Source: a virus
Lineage: Duplodnaviria; Caudoviricetes
IMG/VR virus record: IMGVR_UViG_3300028832_000131
Coordinates: 1 to 64,000 of that record
Length of the DNA: 64,000 bases
Direction: 5' to 3' (one strand)
Under the pieces are notes generated by a model. The model saw nothing but the letters and a program-made list of their open reading frames with translations, did no database searches and had not been told where the DNA came from. Of the stretch, positions 58,764 to 64,000 are shown piece after piece. Position 1 is the first letter of the stretch. The number at the start of each line of letters is the position of its first letter. The position numbers and the translations under genes were made by a program.

Positions 58764-59286
58764 AAAAGAAATATCAAAAATAATTTTACTATTAAAAACT
58801 TCATATCCATACGCATTTAAAGATATGGAAAGAGAAGATATAACGAACATGGTAGACCTCTATGAAGAATTATTTAAAGAGAATACTTATGAAGAGGTAT
58901 TAACTGCTATCAAATGTATAGTAACTACAAACGAATATATGCCAGCAATCGCTACCATAAAAGCGAAGATATATGAACTAAGCCACCCGCAGCAAGAAAG
59001 TAATAGTGACTTATGGGATAGTTTACTAAAAGCGATTGGCAATAGTAGTTACCATTCAGAAGAAGAGTTTGAAAAATTACCGTTGTTAGTTAAAGAGTAT
59101 ATAAGAAGTCCAAGACAATTACAAGAAATGGCTACAATGCCTAGTGATGAAATACATACAGTAGTTAAAGGACAATTTTTAAAACAAATCGAAATTATAA
59201 AACAAAATTATAAAGAAAGTGAAATAACAGGAAGAAACTTATTACAAGAAAAAGGATATATAAAATTAGAAGAGGTGATTGATTAA
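58756..59286 (+). CDS. Helicase loader/inhibitor (SPP1 G39P-like)
   Basis: LLLKTSYP...YMPAIATIK pattern directly after the initiator. Confidence 0.6.
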   Translation: MSKKEISKIILLLKTSYPYAFKDMEREDITNMVDLYEELFKENTYEEVLTAIKCIVTTNEYMPAIATIKAKIYELSHPQQESNSDLWDSLLKAIGNSSYHSEEEFEKLPLLVKEYIRSPRQLQEMATMPSDEIHTVVKGQFLKQIEIIKQNYKESEITGRNLLQEKGYIKLEEVID

Positions 59287-59939
59287 TGGAAAACGTAAAA
59301 AGTTTAAATGAAAGTATTATGGCAATAAGAGTTAAATTACAAAACGCACAATTAAAGAAAACAGGAAAGAATAGTTTTGCTGGATTTGATTATTTTGAAT
59401 TAGCAGACTTTTTACCAAAGCTAAATGAATTAATGTTAGAAGAAGGATTAAATGATCTATTTACTATTGAAACAGATATGAATGAAACAATGGTAGCTAA
59501 ATTGACTTTGATAAAAGGTGAAGAAAAACAAGAATATAGAATGCCTTTTAAACTATTCGAAACACCAACTAACTTAAAGAAAGATAAAGATACTGGTGAA
59601 ATAAGAGAAGTTAAAAGTATGCAAGATATTCAGTATTTAGGAGCATTAAATACATACTATAAACGTTATCTATACCTAAACGCATTTGGAATAACAGACG
59701 GTGACGTAATTGATGCAATAGATAATACTGATATTGAAAACAAAAAGAAAAGTAAACAAGATCTAAAAGCAAGTCCAAAACAAATTGATATTATAGCTAA
59801 AAGATATGTAGGCGAAAACTTAATTAAATTGCTTAAAGCAAACGAAATTGAAAAGATAGAAGATTTACCTGCAACAAAAGCTAGTGAAATTGTTAAATGG
59901 ATATTTGAAGAAAACAAGAAAGATGAAGGAGATAAATAA
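59286..59939 (+). CDS. erf: ERF-family SSAP (B)
   Basis: KTGKNSFAGFDYFELADFLP; LGALNTYYKRYL. Confidence 0.8.
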   Translation: MENVKSLNESIMAIRVKLQNAQLKKTGKNSFAGFDYFELADFLPKLNELMLEEGLNDLFTIETDMNETMVAKLTLIKGEEKQEYRMPFKLFETPTNLKKDKDTGEIREVKSMQDIQYLGALNTYYKRYLYLNAFGITDGDVIDAIDNTDIENKKKSKQDLKASPKQIDIIAKRYVGENLIKLLKANEIEKIEDLPATKASEIVKWIFEENKKDEGDK

Positions 59940-59941
59940 TT

Positions 59942-60253
59942 ATGGAATTAATTAAAATAGAAAACGGATTAGAGGTTGCAAGTGAAGAATTAATAAATGC
60001 AGCATTAGAGATTAAGTTTTTAGAAGAAAAATTAAAAGCAAAAAAAGATGCTCTTACACTAAGTCTTTTAGAAGAAATGGAAAGTAAAGAAATTAAAAAA
60101 ATAGATACCCCTGACGTAGTTATATCTTACATTGGAGAAAGTGAAAGGGAAACATTCGATTCTAAGAGATTTAGAGAAGACTATCCAGATATGTATGATG
60201 AATATACCCGATTTAGCATAGTGAAACCTTCAATAAGGATAAAAATAAAATAA
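59942..60253 (+). CDS. Hypothetical recombination-module protein
   Basis: ETFDSKRFREDYPDMY motif; between SSAP and nuclease. Confidence 0.6.
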   Translation: MELIKIENGLEVASEELINAALEIKFLEEKLKAKKDALTLSLLEEMESKEIKKIDTPDVVISYIGESERETFDSKRFREDYPDMYDEYTRFSIVKPSIRIKIK

Positions 60254-60267
60254 TATGGTGATAGATA

Positions 60268-60882
60268 ATGGAAGAATGGAGCATAAAGGGTGGAACATTA
60301 GAATATGACGATGAAGCACATTGCTACATATACGAGGGAATGATATTACCAAGTATTACACAAATCTTACAAACTAAGTTTGGTAAAAAATACGAAGGTG
60401 TAGAAACTAGGATATTAAATAGAGCTGCTGAAAAGGGAACACTAATACATAAAGCAATAGAAAAATTATGTAAGACTGGTGAGATGGAAGATTACAAAGA
60501 GGTACGTAACTTTCTATTCTTACAAAAACATTATCAGTTTAATGTTATTGATAACGAAGTACCAGTTGTATTGTTTAAAGATGATATTCCTATAGCTGCA
60601 GGTCGATTAGATCTTGTATTAGAAATAAATAACGGATTATATCTAGGTGATATTAAAAGAACCTCAGTACTTGATAAAGAATATTTAGGTTATCAATTAA
60701 ATCTTTATCGTATAGCATATCAACAATGTTATGAAAAGAAAATAAAAGGTCTAAGAGGAATCCACCTAAGAGATGATAAACGAAAGTTTGTACCAATTCC
60801 AATTAAAGAAGAAATGGCATGGAATTTGGTTGAAGAATATAAGAGGTGTGAAGATGAAAATGAAAAAGGACTCTTGTTTTAA
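60268..60882 (+). CDS. PD-(D/E)XK (Cas4-like) exonuclease
   Basis: LPSITQIL, AEKGTLIH, AGRLDL, DIKRT, QLNLY motifs. Confidence 0.8.
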   Translation: MEEWSIKGGTLEYDDEAHCYIYEGMILPSITQILQTKFGKKYEGVETRILNRAAEKGTLIHKAIEKLCKTGEMEDYKEVRNFLFLQKHYQFNVIDNEVPVVLFKDDIPIAAGRLDLVLEINNGLYLGDIKRTSVLDKEYLGYQLNLYRIAYQQCYEKKIKGLRGIHLRDDKRKFVPIPIKEEMAWNLVEEYKRCEDENEKGLLF

Positions 60883-61057
60883 TAAGTATGATAACTGCGT
60901 AAAGGTATATTGCAAATGCGGACGTTCAACACACTTTTTTAGAAATCATTCTGTAGAGTGTAATCATTGCGGACGTATGGTATATCCAACAAAAGAATGT
61001 GAGTTTAAAGAGAAAATGAAAATGAAATTGAGAAAGGAATTAAGTAAACATGAATAA
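60773..61057 (+). CDS. Small zinc-finger protein (true start ~60854)
   Basis: CKCG...CNHCG. Confidence 0.6.
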   Translation: MINESLYQFQLKKKWHGIWLKNIRGVKMKMKKDSCFNKYDNCVKVYCKCGRSTHFFRNHSVECNHCGRMVYPTKECEFKEKMKMKLRKELSKHE

Positions 61058-61478
61058 AGTATTTTTAAGAGGAGTAGTAACTAAAGATATAGAATTAAAA
61101 TCCACACAAAATAAAACAGCAATGACAAAGTTTAGTATTGCAGTAAGAAGAGATATAAAAAACGCTAATGGAGAATATGATACAGATTTTATTAACTGTA
61201 TTGCATTTGGCAAAATAGCTGAAACAATAAGTAAGTACTTTCATAAAGGTAGTGGAATACTTGTAATGGGGCATATTCAAACAGGTTCTTATGAAAAAGA
61301 AGATGGAGGTAGAGTATATACTACTGACATTATCGTAGAAAATATTGAGTTTGATAGAAGCAATTCAAATAAAGAAACTGAGAAAGAGAAAGAAGAACCA
61401 AAACAAAAACTAAGTGATGAACCATTTGAGAGTTTTGGTAGACAAGTTACTATAGATGAAAGTGAATTACCATTTTAG
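61050..61478 (+). CDS. ssb: Single-stranded DNA-binding protein (B)
   Basis: OB fold and DESELPF tail. Confidence 0.9.
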   Translation: MNKVFLRGVVTKDIELKSTQNKTAMTKFSIAVRRDIKNANGEYDTDFINCIAFGKIAETISKYFHKGSGILVMGHIQTGSYEKEDGGRVYTTDIIVENIEFDRSNSNKETEKEKEEPKQKLSDEPFESFGRQVTIDESELPF

Positions 61479-61486
61479 GAGTATGT

Positions 61487-61789
61487 ATGGAAGAAAGAAG
61501 ATATGGTGAGGATATATCTTTTGAAACTAGAAGAGAAAGTAATGACAAAGTAGATAAGAAAAAAAGATATAACCAAATAAAAGAGATTTTGAAAGAGTGG
61601 GGAGAATTAACAGCTAAGCAAATTGCAGTAATAATGCAAAAGAAAGGTTATATACCTACGTCAGAAAGAAATTTTACAAGTCCAAGACTAACTGAATTAT
61701 GTATATCAGGTGAAGTAGAAATTGTTGGAAAAGAAAAATGTGAGTTTACTGGAAAGACAGTTAGTGTATTTAAGTTAAGAAATAATTAA
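61487..61789 (+). CDS. Winged-helix protein (B allele of 14613-14915)
   Basis: Near-identical motif SERNFTSPRLTEL. Confidence 0.7.
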   Translation: MEERRYGEDISFETRRESNDKVDKKKRYNQIKEILKEWGELTAKQIAVIMQKKGYIPTSERNFTSPRLTELCISGEVEIVGKEKCEFTGKTVSVFKLRNN

Positions 61790-61802
61790 TATAGGGGAAT
61801 GG

Positions 61803-63784
61803 TTGAAAGAAAGGGAAATTATGAAAATTATAATAGATATATTTGTAATCGTATCATGTATAGCAATTATTTATATAGCTATCCATTATCTAATTATTGA
61901 TATAAATAACGCTAAAAGAATAGAGCAAATTGATGAAGAAAAAAATAACACACAAATACAAATATATGAAATAAATCGAAGAGTTGTAGCGTTAGAAAAG
62001 GAAAATCAAGATGAGGAACGAGATAGTACTAGAAAAAATAAAACAAGCAATAAGCATACTGGACGAAATAGATGAGATGATTGACACACAATCTATTGAA
62101 ATACAAAACACAGATCTACAACTAAGTGACTTATATCATTTGATAGAAAATAACGAATTAAGTGATTCAGCTAGTATAAACGTTGTTAAGAAAATACATT
62201 ATTTAAGGCAATTAAGACGTAGTTTAAATAATGAACACGAAATAGAAAACACTTATAATATACACAAATCAAAATTATCAGGTAAAGATACAAGACAGTT
62301 TTTATTACATGAAGTATATAAAACAGTTAAAAGTCTTGGCTCTAAATATAAAAACAGGATATTAACTGAGGAGGATATTCAAGAAATAATAGAACCTAAA
62401 AAGAAAAGAGGAAGACCTCCTAAGGAGAAAATAAATGAGAGAGAAAATTGAAACCTATAAATTATTAATTACAGAAGAGTTAATACGAGTAGATTTAGAA
62501 AATAAGAAAGAAAACAAACAAGAATATCTAAAAATGACTAGAGTAGATTACTTAAAAAGATTGTTAAAATTGTTAAAGATGGTGGAAGAATGATTGAGTT
62601 TATATTAGGATTTTTATTTACAATATTTTTAATAGCAGTAATAGTATTTTGTTTAATAGTAGGAGGTGATAAATAATGAAAGCATTATTATTAAAAGCAA
62701 GTGATTATGATTATCAAGAAAAAATTGAAGTAAATACAATAGAAGATTTATTAAAAATAGATAAGTCTTTAATTATCGAAAGTGATGAAGAAACATTAGA
62801 TATTTTTAAAAACAGCGATAGTGATGATTTTGAAATGGTTATAACAATTTATGATGATTATATAGAGTAGGTGATAAGTTAAATGAATAATGAAATAAAA
62901 GAAATATTAGATTATTTAAAAGAGTTTATTGATGAAGATAGATTAGAACAAATTAATCTTAATAGATGGTTTATTAGTTCATTATTAGATTACATAACTA
63001 ATTTACAAGAACAATTACATCAAGCGAGTTTAGATATTCAAGAATTAACTGAAAGAGATATTGAATGTCCTAGTTGGTGTGATAAATTAACTAAATTACA
63101 ACAAGAAAATCAAGATTTAAGTAGAATGTGTGAATTATATGGTAAATCTTTGTATAATGCAGAATTAACAGATTATAAATCAAGAATAGATAAAGCAATA
63201 GAATATGTTAAAGAGTGTTATACACAACCACCTAACATAGAAAACTTTATGCACGAAGGAGAAATGAATTATTTATTAAATATATTAAGAGGTGAAGATA
63301 AATGACAAAAGAAGAATTTAAAAAGAAATGGGAAAGTGATGATGATGGTGGTGGAATAACAAATGAAGATATAGCAAGTTGTTATATTGAATGGGGATTA
63401 GGAAGAGCACCATATTCACAAACAATAGATTATGTTATTTGGAGAGTATGTGAAAGTGCTAATACAAATGACAAAAAGTATTGGGAGAAAAGAGCATTAA
63501 GGAGCGATGAATAAATGTTAAAGATTAAAGATTTACAAAGATTAATTGTAGAAATACAGCATTATGAAATGGAATTGTTTGAGGCATTAGATGAAGATTA
63601 TCCTGATAATAGAATTGTAAGAGCAAAAGAAAGAGCAATATATAATCGATTAGATAAAATCACGAATGATATTGTATTAAAAGAAAAAATAAGGTTATGT
63701 ATTCAACAAGGAATGTGGAATACAAAAGATTATACATTTAAGCCAATATTTGATAATTTAAGAAATATTGGACTTGAAGTTTAG
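61803..63784 (+). CDS. Accessory ORFs of the B replication arm (61803-62075, 62011-62451, 62590-62676, 62676-62870, 62883-63305, 63302-63514, 63515-63784)
   Basis: Coupled ORFs with SDs; functions not recognisable. Confidence 0.65.
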
Positions 63785-64000
63785 TAGAAAAGGTAGAGTG
63801 ATAAAGAAATGCATATGACAGTAAATATTGATAGATATATTGAAGACATGGAACAATGGAAAAAGACAAGAGAAGAGAATGATAAATTGAAGCAAGAACT
63901 CCAAAGAAAAGATAATATAATAGAAAAAGCAATAGAATACGTAGAACATAATACTTTTCAAAATAGTGGTGGTGATTGGATATTTACATTTTATGAAGGA

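Larger units (their letters stand above)
47022..64000. mobile_element. Related phage genome B (partial: tail tip, lysis, post-lysis operon, replication)
   Basis: Same gene order as 1-19,000 but diverged after ~47,405, with several non-homologous gene replacements. Confidence 0.8.

Noticed and set aside
391-63961. Many short antisense ORFs in the track (e.g. 391-573, 1601-1867, 44755-45543, 37480-37665 over the tRNA)
   Set aside because: Shadows of well-supported genes on the other strand or frame, with no SDs
1-64000. CRISPR array
   Set aside because: No regularly spaced 25-40 bp repeats with unique spacers seen

Overview
AT-rich tailed phage DNA (siphovirus-type, Bacillota/Firmicutes host inferred from SD, promoter and gene style; standard genetic code). 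The window holds about 1.36 genome lengths. Positions 1-~47,400 are one complete ~47.0 kb unit ('genome A', in circular permutation: tail tip, lysis, a conserved post-lysis operon, replication/recombination, terS, an inverted ~9 kb cluster of small early genes ending in a serine recombinase, terL, portal, head, tail). From ~47,400 the same gene order restarts as a clearly diverged relative ('genome B'). The repeat offset is 47,021 bp and the two join through a ~380 bp near-identical stretch. By manual scan GATC is absent from A and occurs about 10 times in B, so this is either an assembly chimera or a real tandem/recombinant. The most striking unexplained signal is an RNA layer. (1) A two-hairpin RNA just upstream of the portal gene (35,430-35,510) is bipartitely complementary to a motif (TAGCACT-N3-7-AAAGGGAA) sitting just before the ribosome-binding sites of the major capsid, major tail and distal-tail genes, with partial matches before other late genes. 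(2) A tRNA-Trp and an unknown kissing-loop RNA sit in two copies of the same flanking cassette. (3) A pseudoknotted ~220 nt RNA with its own promoter is present only in A. (4) A late-promoter RNA displays anti-Shine-Dalgarno sequences. Also present: Xer/dif-like sites, glycosyltransferases (one next to the capsid gene), a -1 frameshift in the tail chaperone, and swapped receptor-binding and origin modules. All protein-family assignments are from motif recognition by eye, not database searches.
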